Assembly (NCBI GenBank): GCA_045837725.1
Contig: JBEWZL010000235.1
Coordinates: 248,001 to 312,000 of the forward strand
Source of the DNA: Vermamoeba vermiformis
Lineage: Eukaryota
Length of the DNA stretch: 64,000 nt
Reading direction: 5' to 3'
The position numbers and the translations under genes are program-made. Within the stretch, counting starts at the first letter, position 1. Every line of letters begins with the position of its first letter. The notes under the pieces were generated by a model, which saw only the letters and a program-made list of their open reading frames with translations, did not search any database and was not told the DNA's origin. Of the stretch, positions 25,621-38,759 are shown piece by piece.

Positions 25621-28600
25621 TTACATAGTCACCACGTTGAATTGAGGTTCAAGGAGCTGCATCACGACCTCCCAATGCGTGTTGCCGTTCTTAATGTACT
25701 GCAACTCATCGTTGTGAATCAGTCGTGCTCTGCGCTCGTCATTGTTGTCGTACTCGTACTCGGGCACGTAGCCGCTGAAATAACTGTTGCGCACGTATGT
25801 CAGCCACATGTCGTCTGGTCGTCGGTACGTGAACACTTGCGAGCCATCTGAAGCCACCATTTATTAGTCTATATTAACTTATGTATTAAGGGTACTGTAG
25901 TCTTACCAAAAATTAAGTGCTTAGGAAGAGCTTTATCGCCTGATTCAACGGCATTAGGCTGGACTTTGTTGTTTTTAATCTGGATCAAGAAATTGGCGAA
26001 GAACTTTTTCGGCCAATAATTGTCGTTGTTAAAGCTGTTTTTGTCGCGGTCGTCATGTTCTTTCGTCAACGAGATAAAACTCAATTCTTTTGAGCTCCAA
26101 CTCAGCGTTAACTTCCTGCAATTGAAAAATGAGTTTTTGTTCTAAAAATAAAATAATTTCTGATCCACTTACCAATTCAAGTTGAATAATTTGAACGTTT
26201 TGGAGATATTTTTGATGTCGCCTTTGAGGTACTTGTGAAAATTGAAGAAGGTGAGTTGACAGCTTTCAATTCGGTAGTTCACGCGCACGAGACTCGTGTT
26301 CATTTCTCGGTACGGATTGACCACTGTTTGTTGTTTGTTCACAAAGAAGTTCAGATGGAAGCATTGCAGTGCACCTTTAGAGCCACGTGTCAGTCATTCA
26401 AATGTCAAAAGTGACAGGTTGACATGTGCCGTGAAAAATATCAATGACACGTGTCATTCAGTTCTAATTCATGATTATAATCTTACTGTCGTTATACGGC
26501 TGAAATATACACTGTTCGGTGACGTATTTGTGAATGTCACTCGTCTTCAGGGGATTATAGTGCAGATCCGGATATTCACTGCAAAAACTATTAATTTTCA
26601 CACAACAATCTGGATCCGATCTCTACTTACGTGCGTTGCATCTCATCAAGTGTTCGATAGTCCTCGGCGTACGACGAGGCAGTCCTAACATATCGCCGCA
26701 CCCACGACAGATTTTGATACCTCTCGTAGTACCTGCGCACCCACTCAGGTATGTTCGATGTAATCCTGCGTAAATTTTCTTCTTCGGGACGGAGCAACGG
26801 CATGGTCCGAAAACTAATATTCATTCCGCGGTACCACTCTTCTATTAGTTGTGGTGAGTATGTTAATTATTATTGAAAGATGCTGCATCGATTAATGCGT
26901 ACCAGATCCGAGGCTGTATTCATATTTAGGCTTGTTATGGATCATTTGCATCAAGACGACTTTGACCAACTTCATCAACTCGAGCATTTGAAATGTCGTT
27001 GGATGTACGTCACGAGTGATCTTTTCTTCAGAATCTAGTATTAGGGATGTTAACATTAATAACACAATATGGATGATAATGTATTTCTTACTTAGCGATC
27101 CATGGCCGTGAACTCGAAGATAAAGTGGCGAGATGATGTTGTGCCCTCGAAAATAGTACTTGAATAGTCTTGTTGGCTGCAGCTTTGTTTCAAATTTCAT
27201 GCTGCTGTCAAGTACATTCGAACCGTATATAGATCCGAACAAGAATCTGTAATGACACGTCAACACATGTCAGTAAATGTCACTCCAAACAATGCCGTGA
27301 AAAATGTTTAAAAACTTGCCTTGGAATAGTGAGAACGGATTGGCCGTTGAAAGCGACTATAATATGAACGTCATTAGTACAATAGTAATTATTATCTCAT
27401 CATTACTTGTGACTTACTCGAACAAGAATTCAAGTCCGACGACAATAAAATCTCTAACGGTGATGCGTAAGTGCTAAAAATATTGTTAAAAAATAATTCG
27501 CGGAATTAAATAGTATATTAATAGAATGCAAATGGCGTACCTAAGAATAATTTGAACGTTTCTAAATTCACGGTTTGACACTAAAGTGATAGTCCGGGCT
27601 GTTTTGAATATGCCGATCTTCTCGTGCCAACACGATTGAATAGAGTTAAATACTTCTTCTACTTTAACTTGTGCTTGGTCCGGTGTCAGTCCGTACACGT
27701 AAATGTCAATGTCATTCCTTTGCAGTACTGCACTGTCGGTCTTTTTTGACTTGGCTGTTGTCTCTAGTTTTAGTGACTTCAATACGGAGCCACCGACGAC
27801 GAGCACATTATTCCAATTAAGATTCTTCAGACATCCATTGGTCAATTTGGTGAAGTTGTCAATGAACTCTGGATGCGACACAAACGTGAAGTCGAAGCAC
27901 GTGCTCAAGTACGGCTGCAAGAGTGAGCGCTTGAACTGTTGTCAAATAAAAGTTAGTTAAATCAGGTCTATTGACACGTGTCACGGGCGATTTTCAAAAA
28001 TTCACCTGTGTGAGAGGATGAATCTCGGTTGACTTCTTGCTCCACCATAATAAAATACCAGATCAATTTGAGTATTAATACAATATAGTCGGGGAGCCTT
28101 AGCTGTGCCCAGTTTACAGTATTAAACCAAGACAGTCTAATGGCGCAATTGGAGTCAAGATTCATTGCACAAGCGATATCAAAAAATTCATTGTATTCGG
28201 TTGGGAAAACAAATGACGTACCTCATTAGCCACTCTAATACGCGTGTTATTAATGAGATGAATATATTTGCTGTCTTCGAACAGTTTGACGACCAACGTC
28301 TTTTCAAAGTGTTGCAGCAGCGGATTCGTTGGTTGTTTCCAGTACAAGTAACGAATCATGTCCTCTTCTTGCTTGATACTACAAACATTTGTAAGTAATG
28401 ATAGTTTTATAATAAATGGACATTACCCAGCAGCAATAATATGCGGATCTAGGTCCCAAACGCGGTGTTGATAAATGCAGCGTAGTGAGGTCATGGATAA
28501 TTGAGTTCTAATCCTAGCTTGAATATCACTAGGTAGTTGCTTCACTCCGTTATTATAGAACTCCTGAACTCGCTCTGCGTTGAGAAAGGCACGTTACGCA

Positions 28601-28729
28601 ACAATGTTAAGATCTTGCAACAATTCAAAAGCACTTACTGTTATTAACCGGATTGCACGTTAACTCGTTTATCCACGAACAAATCTTGAAGGTAGAGAGC
28701 GATATTAGTGAAGGAGGTGAGTTCTCCAT
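25621..28729 (-). CDS. Multi-exon protein with a nucleotidyltransferase-fold-like domain; start uncertain (may extend to ~29000)
   Basis: The exon at 27540-27935 encodes FTKLTNGCLKNLNWNNVLVVGGSVLKSL...NDIDIYVYGLTPDQAQVKV...KTARTITLVS..FRNVQIILR (GG/GS plus DxD). The N-terminal PPSLISLSTFKIC...LPSDIQARI resembles a BC-box/cullin box. Confidence 0.65.
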
Positions 28730-29383
28730 TGACTTGAAGCGCAAGACAGATTTGGCTTCGTCTTCATCACTGATTTCGCCTCCTATGGGTAAGGAAAATC
28801 AGCTCAATATAACACTACTTATAAGAGCATATTTGTTTGCCTGTCACGGGAGTAGCGTTGTTAAAATTATCATCTTGATCTCCATTTCTCTGAAAAAAAT
28901 AATTAGCGATCGAGATTGCGACGAATAAATGTCTTATATATTTTACCGTAACATCGGAGTCTTCAATTTGGTCTAGGAACTCTTCAAAGGGCGCTCCATG
29001 AGGGATCTACTTTCGTTGTGTGACACGTTTGTGACGGGACTGAAAAATCAACTGCTTGCTAACATTAAATTTGTAAAACAAGACCGCGAGATCAAAAACA
29101 GAGAAATGGAGCAGATTGATGACGAAGCACTCTCATTGCGTGGATGTACTGATGACCTATCAACTAACTAACTAGCCATGTGAAGGCCCATTATGATATG
29201 TGGTGCGTTTATTACTATGTGCTGCTTAAATGCGTTTTGGCTTATTAACGAGCCAAAAAGACGGTTCGAGTTTTTTTATGGAGCGTTCAGCAGATCCAGC
29301 ACAACAACGCCAAATGATCTTATAATAATTGAAGCTGGATTAATCGCTAGTATTTTATCTTATATTAATATTAATTTGCGCAA

Positions 29384-30931
29384 ATGGCCAGCTGGGTACC
29401 GCCCATCTTGTCCTCTCTTTTAGCTGGCGTCGTTGCAATAGGTATTAATTAATATCACTAATATGATCTTTAATCTCACATATCAAAGTGTCACAGCCTA
29501 TTAATCGCCTCGATCGTGTATTTTGAACTAAATTTTTTATTTTCGATCGTTGAAATTTTTCTGCGCGAAGTATTTAATTACCTATGTAGTTGTAAAATTA
29601 ACACATACGATTATTAGTATCTACTGTTGCAATCGAGAAGTTAGGTGGTGCTGTTGGCGGAGTGATCGCGTGAGTTCAATATTGGATCGAATCTAGCGCT
29701 GATTCTAACCAAATAAGCTTAGCTCTTCACCTACCTCGAGTGTATTAGCAAGTATAGGCATTGCAATTCAATCCCCTGAACGCTTAGATGAGGCGATGCA
29801 TTCAATACCAACAGTGATGGTACAAAAGATCCGACAATCTTTATTTCAGTTCAAAATTTATTAATCAATATGATTAGCTTATAAATACGCTATTTCTACA
29901 TGTATGGCGAGTACTGCCGCCTTATCTGCCCAATGGTTGGAAATTCAACAAAAAATTAACGGCCATGATCTGCATCACACTCGGAACTTGGTTCAGCGTC
30001 GCACTGACATTCGTAGCTATAGTGAGATATGGCTTTAATAATAATATCCTTGCTATTCAAATCATTGGCGGCCTCGCTATGGCTACACAACTGGCGCTAG
30101 GGCTGACAGCGGTGTTGAAGCAAAAACGCGCCGTTGCAAAGGCCAAAAATAGTGTTGGCATTGGCACATTGCTCAGCAGAGGTACTACTTTGACACGTGT
30201 CAACAGCGAAGTGACATTTTGACAGGTGTATTGGCCAGTACGGCAGTTATTCTCGCTATTCTTTTGTCAAAAATCAACGGCACTGTGGCAGCGCTAGCGA
30301 CTGCATTTCCAGGTCAGTAACATTATTATTATTATACTACTATCCATGTAATATTAAATTAATTGTTACAATTGCAGCTGTCTTCACGACTACGATGATT
30401 AGTTTGTGGATCAGTCAAGGTGAACATGTCACTTCAGGAGCCGTAGGTAAGTTACGCGCATATAAAATAGGACCCTATCTCATACTATTTGATAGGCCCC
30501 ATGATCCTCGGTGCATTCTCCGGGCCAGTGGTACGTTCGTGTTGTTTCACTGTGCGTGGCAATTGTTGTAACTAATGACCTCAAACTAGTTTGCCATCGC
30601 CATGTCCCAACTAGCGCCATTATGGGGACCATTCATCGGCGCACTCATCTCGTACATTATTGCCATTGTGACGTGCTCGATTCCCGTGGGATTTATTTTG
30701 AACAAGTTAGAGGCACGGTACAAACCACTCGAGGAGGACAACAAAGTCGTTGACGAGAGCACCGCTGACGAATCAGAACACGACACACAGCCCGCACAGA
30801 TTGATTTAGATAAGGACAGCCAGTCACCGCAGATTGAACTCACAGAAAATGAGGAGAAAACGGCTGATAGTAACGACAATCATGTAGCAGATCTGCAAAG
30901 TAAATCGGTGCCAAATCCAGCGCACAACTAG
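29384..30931 (+). CDS. Uncharacterised multi-pass membrane protein with an internal two-fold repeat
   Basis: MASWVPPILSSLLAGVVAIVSTVAIEKLGGAVGGVIASSPTS. The second half reads AILLSKINGTVAALATAFPAVFTTTMISLWISQGEHVTSGAVGPMILG, followed by an acidic tail. Confidence 0.75.
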
Positions 30932-31028
30932 ACATAATTAACAGCGCACATATATATGAATTGATTTGTTTATATTTAACTAAGATATTTTGGAGATAGA
31001 TACAAGTGGTGCTACATAGCACTCGTTA

Positions 31029-34000
31029 TTACATGGCAAACAGAGACAAGATGACAGCGAGCACTGCATTGAAAGCGGCAGTGACAGCGCTGGCAACTTG
31101 ATCCTTGGCAGGAGTGTTTCCGGGGTCGTCGGCAATAGGCTCGTCAGCAACGGGCTCGGTAACAGGCTCAGCAATAGGTTCGTTAGAGGCTTGAGGAGTA
31201 GAGACGGGCACGGATTGAGGCGCGGACACGGGGCCAGAGGCAGGAACGCACTTGGAGTTCTCGCACAGGTTGCTCAAACAGTCCTCGTTGATGGAGCAGG
31301 TTCTGTTGAGCGCGCAACCACCGCAGAATGAGCCACCGCAGTCAACGTCGGTCTCGTCTTGGTTCTTAGAACCGTCGCTGCATGTCGCTGTGCAGATCAT
31401 GGACACGCAAGAACCACCGAGGCAGTCGCTGTTGATGAGACAAGCCTTCTTCCAGCCACACTTGGGGCAAGCGCCACCACCGCAGTCAACGTCCGTTTCG
31501 TCAGCGTTTGTGACCGCATCAGTGCACGTGGGAGCTATGAAATTGATTACATCAGACCTCATTGTTAAGTCGCGAGATATTTATATTTAACTTACCGCAA
31601 GTGCCTGCAGTGCAAACACCGCCCGTGCAATCAGTTCCGTTATTGCAAGTGTTACCAGTGGTGCATTGAGTGCTGCAAGAACCACCGCAGTCAACATCTC
31701 CTTCATCTTGGTTCTTCACGCCGTCATCGCAAGTAGCAGCTTGGCAGATGTTGTTTGAGCACACTTTAGATTCACAATCAGAGTCGCCAATGCACTTTTG
31801 TTGTGCTTGACAAGGACTGCAGTCAGAGCCACCGCAATCGATGTCAGTCTCGTTTCGGTTTTGTTCGCCATCATCACAAGTTGGAACGGCTAAAATGAGT
31901 CCCGTTAGCAACTCGGCAATACTACAAGCTTCAATAAGACTTACAGCACTTGGAGGAGCCTGAGCAGCAACCGCTGACACAATCACCAGCGATGCTGCAA
32001 GTTTCACCGGTCAAGCAAGTAGCACCACAAGTACCACCGCAGTCTGCGTCGGTTTCGTCTTGGTTCTTGCGACCGTCATCGCAGGTAGCAACACAAGTGG
32101 ATGTCACATTGCTGCAGAGGCGGCTAACACAGTCGCTCTCGGTCTTGCACGATTGATCTTCGATACAAGTAGCACCACAAGCACCACCGCAGTCAGTGTC
32201 GGACTCGTCTTGGTTGGTGACATTGTCGTCGCAAGTAGGGATTTCTATGCAAAGGTTAGTATCGAAAAACAAGTCTGTCCGGTTATTGGGTACGTACTGC
32301 ATGTTCCGAAAGAGCTGCAATAGCCAGACGCACAATCACCATTGCCATTGCAAGTATCGTTAACAACACAAGTAGCACCGCAGATACCACCGCAGTCAGT
32401 GTCTGACTCGTCTTGGTTCAGGATTCCGTCTACACATGAAGGAGCTATTGCAAGTGTTAGATTTGGAACAACACAACTGTGGATTTGGCTCAAACATACC
32501 GCATTGATTATTCTCGTCACAGACCGAACTCAAGCAATCAGCACCGGATTTGCAGCTAGCTCCTTCAGCGCAGTTACCACCGCAAACTGAACCGCAATCA
32601 GTGTCAGATTCGCCCTGGTTCTTGGCTCCGTCATTGCAAGTAGGGTTCACTGGTGATGATGTGAGTAAGTCACCTCCACAAGTCACGTGAAAAAAGCTTA
32701 CCGCAAGTCAATCCGTTGCAATAACCAGAAGAGCAATCATCGTCAAAGCCACACTTCTTGTTGAGAGCGCAAGTACTGCAAACAGAGCCACCGCAGTCTA
32801 CGTCGGTCTCGTCTTGGTTCTTGACTCCGTCAACGCAAGTAGGATCTAAAATGAGTGTCAGGTAATCGCTCCGCTGCGACATTAATACCGAGACTTACCG
32901 CAAGTATCATAGATATTGCAAGAGCCACCAATGCAATCTCCTCCAGTCAAACAGCCATCACCCTCAGCGCACTTGGTTGCACATGAGCCGCCGCAGTCGA
33001 CGTCAGTTTCATCGCTGTTCTTAACATTGTCCGAGCAAGTGGGAGTAACACAAGTGTTGTTTGCCGCGCAATAGTTACTGGTACAGTCGCCCCAAATAGA
33101 GCAGCTCTTGCCAAGAGCACAAGGACTGCAAGAACCACCGCAGTCGATGTCAGTCTCGTCTTGGTTCTTGAATCCGTCAACGCACGTTGGATCTGAAGAA
33201 CAAGCTGTTAGGACTTCACTGGCAGCAATTGCCAAACGGTACGTACCACAAGTGTTACTAACGCCACAAGAGTTTGTGACGCAGTCGGTGTTAGCAACAC
33301 AACCTTCACCTTCACCGCACTTTGTTGAGCACGAGCCACCACAGTCGATGTCAGTTTCATCACTGTTCTGAACTCCGTCATCGCAAGTAGGAGTGACACA
33401 AGTCTTGTTTGCGGCACAGTAGTTGCTGTTACAGTCATCCCAAATAGAGCAGCTCTCACCAAGAGCACAAGGACTGCAAGAGCCACCGCAGTCGATGTCA
33501 GTCTCGTCTTGGTTCTTGACTCCGTCAATGCAAGTGGGATCTAAAAAGAACAAGCCGTTAGACCCCACTGGTAGTGCCACACAATACGTACCGCAAGTGT
33601 TGCTAATGCTGCAAGAGCCACCAATGCAATCTCCTCCAGTCAAACAGCCATCACCCTCACCGCACTTTGCTGCGCATGAGCCACCACAGTCGATGTCAGT
33701 TTCATCGCTGTTCTGAACTCCGTCGTCGCATGTGGGAGTGACACAAGTGTTGTTTGCCGCGCAATAGTTACTGGTACAGTCGCCCCAAATAGAGCAGCTC
33801 TCACCAAGAGAACAAGGACTGCACGAACCACCGCAGTCAACATCGGTTTCGTCGCCGTTCTTCATGCCGTCGATACACGTGGGTTCTAAGTAACAACCGT
33901 TAACAACTATTCAAAGATACTGCAGACAAAAGGCATACCGCATGTGTTATTCAGGCCGCAAAAGTCGGTGTCGCAGTCCTCGCTTCCATTGCAATTATCG

Positions 34001-37000
34001 CCGACCTTGCAAGTAGCACCACAAACGCCACCACAGTCAATATCGGCTTCATTCTGATTCTTAACAGTGTCGTTACATGAGGCAAAAGCTATTTCGAATT
34101 GTTAGTCGCCTTGTATGAACAGTATGGCGCAATCAACGTACCGCAGACGTTATTGTCACAAATGAAACTGGCACAATCATCGTTCACAAGGCAAGCTTTG
34201 CCTCCAGCACAAGTAGCACCACAGCCCCCACCGCAATCTACGTCGGTCTCGTCCTCGTTTTTGATAGTATCACTGCACGTTGCATTCTCTGCTCGGGTGT
34301 TAAAACAATTGCTTCGATATCTGAATATAATACGTACTGCAGACCAAGATACCAGGGTAACAAAATGCGGTAGTACAGTCATCATCAGCAAGACAACTTT
34401 GATCGACATTACATTTGCTACAAACGTCACCACCACAATCAACGTCAGTTTCGTCCTGGTTCTTGCGGTTATCAACGCAAGTGGGTTCTGTCCACTGTTA
34501 GTCAACATGCTAATAAAAGTTTAAACTTACGGCAAGTGTTAGATTGGCAGGAGTCGGTAATGCAATCGCCGTTAATTGTACAGCTGTCTCCTTCAAGGCA
34601 CGTAGCACCGCAGATACCACCGCAATCGGCATCGGTTTCGTCTTGGTTCACCCAAGTATCATTGCATGTAGGAATTGAGCAGAAACCATTGGGGTTGCAG
34701 TAGTTGCTCGTGCAGTCAGTACCGTTCAAGCACATCTTGCCATCAGCACATGTGATGGCGCAAGAGCCACCGCAGTCGACATCGGTTTCGTCGCCGTTCT
34801 TCCAAGTATCGATGCATGTTGGGGTCGCACAGAGACCATTAGGGTTGCAGTAGTTGCTCGTGCAGTCAGTGTCAACTGAGCAGGTCTTGCCATTGTCACA
34901 GTTAGCTGTGCAAGAACCACCACAGTCTACGTCTGCCTCGTCTTGATTCTTGATACCGTCAGTGCACGAAGGTTCTGAAATTGATGGTTAGTAACTTTTA
35001 ACTAGCCGGCAGTATAGAACTTACGACATGTTCCTCCAGAGCAAGAGCTGCTCGTGCAATCGGTTCCAGTTGAGCAGGTCTTGCCATTGGCGCACTTCGT
35101 AGCACAAGAGCCACCGCAGTCGACATCGGTTTCATCGCCGTTCTTCCAAGTATCGATGCATGTTGGGGTCGCGCAGAGACCATTAGGATTGCAGTAGTTG
35201 CTCGTGCAATCTGTACCAACTGAGCAGGTCTTGCCGTTAGCACACTTGGTTGTACAGGAGCCACCACAGTCGACGTCTGTCTCGTCTTGGTTCTTCCACG
35301 TGTCAACGCACGAGGGAGTTGCTGCGCATTAAAAATTAGATTAACTACCTAAGCATATTCTTAAAACTTACAGCAAAGACCGTTAGGATTGCAATACGTG
35401 CTCGTGCAGTCGGTGCCGAGTGAGCAGGTCTTGCCGTTGGCGCACTTGGTTGTGCAAGAGCCACCACAGTCGACATCTGCTTCATCGAGGTTCTTGATAC
35501 CGTCAGTGCACGAAGGGCCTGATGAAGCGTGAGTAAAGCGTGACTTTGCAGTTGGTTACTTACTGCAGACTCCAGCGTCGCAATTGCTGCTCGTGCAGTC
35601 AGCGTTCTGTGAGCAAGTCTTTCCGTTGGCGCACTTGGCAGAACAGCTACCACCGCAGTCGACATCTGTCTCGTCTTGGTTTTTGATCAAGTCAGAGCAA
35701 GTGGGTGTGGCTATTGATAAGTGTCAATAAACGTATTGCAACCGCGTTTGAAAGGCTCTACTCACCGCATTGATTGCTGGGGTTACAGTATGCGCTGCTA
35801 CAGTCAGTGCCACTTGTGCACGATTTGCCGTTGGCGCACTTGGTTGAGCAAGGACCACCACAGTCAACGTCCGCTTCGCCTTGATTCTTCCACGTGTCAA
35901 CGCACGAGGGAGTTGCTTAATGGTTTAATTAGAAATGTAAGCTTAACTATGAATGTTGATCTTACAGCAAAGACCGTTTGGATTGCAGTACGTGCTCGTG
36001 CAGTCGGTGCCGAGTGAGCAGGTCTTGCCGTTGGCGCACTTGGTCGTGCAAGAGCCACCACAGTCAACGTCTGCTTCATCGAGGTTCTTGATACCGTCAG
36101 TGCACGAAGGGCCTGATGAAACTTCAGTAAAGGGTGACTTTGCAGTTAGTTACTTACTGCAGACTCCAGCGTCACAATTGCTGCTCGTGCAGTCAGTGTT
36201 CTGTGAGCAAGTCTTTCCGTTGGCGCACTTGGCAGAACAGCTACCACCGCAGTCGACATCAGTCTCGTCTTGATTCTTGATCAAGTCCGAACAAGTGGGT
36301 GTGGCTATTGATAAATGTCAATAAATGTAATGCGATCGCATTTGGAAGGCTCGACTCACCGCATTGATTGCTGGGGTTACAGTATGCGCTGCTACAGTCA
36401 GTGCCACTTGTGCACGATTTGCCGTTGGCGCACTTGGTTGAGCAAGGACCACCGCAGTCAGTGTCTGCTTCGCCTTGGTTCTTGAAGCCGTCGACGCAAG
36501 AGGGAGTTGCTGAAAGTATAACAATTAGAAACAAAAGATTGCCATGAACTTTGATCTTACAGCAAAGACCGTTTGGATTACAGTACGTGCTCGTGCAGTC
36601 GGTGCCGCTTGAGCAAGTCTTGCCATTGGCACACTTGGTTGAGCAAGGGCCACCGCAGTCAATGTCTGCTTCGCCTTGGTTCTTGATACCGTCACTGCAA
36701 GATGGTTCTGAAATAGATAATCAGTAAAGGCACACGGATCATGTTGATTGACTTACGGCAAGTTCCGCTGGAGCAAGAGCCGCTAACGCAGTCAGTGCCG
36801 CTCGAGCAAGTCTTGCCGTTGGCGCACTTGGTTGAGCAAGGGCCACCGCAGTCAATGTCTGCTTCGCCTTGGTTCTTGAAGGTGTCAGTGCACGAGGGAG
36901 TTGCTGAAACGAGTAAATATACAAACTAAGACAATAATTAGACCTTACAGCATAAGCCGTTGGGGTTGCAGTAAGTGCTGGTGCAGTCAGTGCCGGTTGA

Positions 37001-38759
37001 ACAAGTTTTGCCGTTGGCGCACTTGGTTGTGCAAGGACCACCACAATCAATGTCTGCTTCGCCTTGGTTCTTGAAGGTGTCAGTGCACGAGGGGGTTGCT
37101 GAATAGTTCAATTAGAAATGTAAGATTACTATGAACTTTGAACTTACAGCAAAGACCGTTGGGGTTGCAGTACGAGCTTGTGCAGTCAGTGCCGGTTGAG
37201 CAAGTCTTGCCGTTGGCGCACTTGGTAGTGCAAGGACCACCACAATCAACGTCTGCTTCGCCTTGGTTCTTGAAGGTGTCAGTGCACGAGGGAGTTGCTG
37301 AAAGTATAACAATTAGAAACAAAAGATTGCCATGAACTTTGAACTTACAGCAAAGACCGTTAGGATTGCAATACGTGCTCGTGCAGTCAGTGCCGCTTGA
37401 GCAAGTCTTGCCATTGGCACACTTGGTTGAGCAAGGACCACCACAATCAACGTCTGCTTCGCCTTGGTTCTTGAAGGTGTCAGTGCAAGAGGGAGTCGCT
37501 GAGACGAGTAAGTACAAACTTAGGGAATAACTTGAACTTACAGCATAAGCCATTGGGGTTGCAGTAAGTGCTCGTGCAGTCAGTGCCGGTTGAACAAGTT
37601 TTGCCGTTGGCACATTTGGTTGAGCAAGGGCCACCGCAGTCAATGTCTGCTTCGCCTTGGTTCTTGATACCGTCGGTGCACGAAGGAGTAATTGGCACCA
37701 AGGATATATCGTGAATAAGAACGTTACTTGGATTAGCTATAGTAGTTGGACTGCCAGTGTTGATAGTGGATGAACCAGAATCCACCAATCTGAAAATACG
37801 AGTCGCAGAGGTGAAGTAAATAACGGTGCTACCACTCTCCAATCTGACAAAGATACCGTTGGGAAGCACAGTGATAGATTTGGATGCAACTTGAGACCAA
37901 GTACCACCAGATTTAGTGAACTTGACAATGGCTGCATTTGTAACATCCACACGGTTTGTCGCGTAGATAACAGTGTCAGAAAATACGAAGAACTTGCCGC
38001 CCTTCCAATTGCTGGTTGGTGCAATAATGCTACTCGGGGTAACGGAGCTTGATGGATACGGAGTGCTTGTACCAATAGCATAAGGTGAGGTGGTACTATA
38101 CTGACTGTAGTACTGAACTCCGTTCAAGACTTGCATGTCGTAAACATCTGTAACACTGCCGCCGAGGATGTTGGTCACTGTGGCACCGGTTGAACCAATA
38201 GGCACTTTTACGAGACGTCCAGCACCCGCAGCCCACACGTTGCCTGAATATGGCAAAGCAGTGTACAAGTTTTGATTGTTCAAGGAAAAGGTTGTAGTAG
38301 TTACGGTGCCCGAGCCGTCGACGGTGTAGACGTAACGGGATGCAGTATTTGAAATGGTGCTTCCTGCAGTACCTGCGTAGCAAGGTACCGCTAAAATTGT
38401 GCCGTCTTCACTCAGTTGAGCACCTCCCTCCATAGCGTTGGTGAAGCCGCCCCGAACAATGCACCTAGGATGGCGTCGGTTAAATTGCTTTAGTCTTTAC
38501 GTTCTTACGATAACGAAATTGTTTGCACGAGAGTACCGGACGTTGTGTATTCGTCGATAAATAGGGCATTACTAGTCGAAGACGGAGTGTTTGCTGAAAA
38601 ATAAATCAATGAGTACATCCAGATGAGTACAATGAATCTCGAATCCTTACATCCATCACCTGATCTTGTAACAAGAATGTTTCCCTGCGTGAAAGCCGCA
38701 CCTAAAACTAGATGCGCGCAGTACAGCACTAACAAACAGGTTGCTAACAAACGACCCAT
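31029..38759 (-). CDS. Large secreted, probably GPI-anchored, Cys-rich repeat surface protein
   Basis: Signal peptide MGRLLATCLLVLYCAHLVLG, a beta-rich N-terminal domain, about 35 repeats of P[TS]CxDxxKNQ[DG]E[TA]DxDCGGxCxxxCxxGxxCxxxxDCxSxxC, a Pro/Ser/Glu stalk and a hydrophobic C-terminus (SAVTAAFNAVLAVILSLFAM). Confidence 0.88.
32898..33885. repeat. Triplicated two-repeat exon (~347-bp period)
   Basis: CSPC.LG.SCSIW.DC.SNYCAAN.TCVTPTC recurs three times with near-identical DNA. Confidence 0.85.
35372..37690. repeat. Recent tandem exon+intron duplications within the Cys-rich gene
   Basis: The three-exon block at ~35372-35914 is near-identical to ~35966-36509, with similar introns. Exon+intron units of ~200 bp recur at 36560-37690; the intron text 'gaaagtataacaattagaaacaaaagattgccatgaactttga' appears at ~36512 and ~37300. 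Confidence 0.85.

Noticed and set aside
29193-29423. 76-aa ORF upstream of the membrane protein
   Set aside because: It has no recognisable features and overlaps, in a different frame, the better-supported ATG at 29384.
31098-37530. Many plus-strand and alternative-frame ORFs with 'PPQSTSVSSWFL' repeats
   Set aside because: They are reverse-complement or shifted-frame readings of the Cys-rich repeats.
35372-37690. Regular repeat/spacer pattern resembling a CRISPR array
   Set aside because: The repeats are ~150-nt coding exons and the spacers are GT-AG introns. No cas genes are present and the context is eukaryotic.
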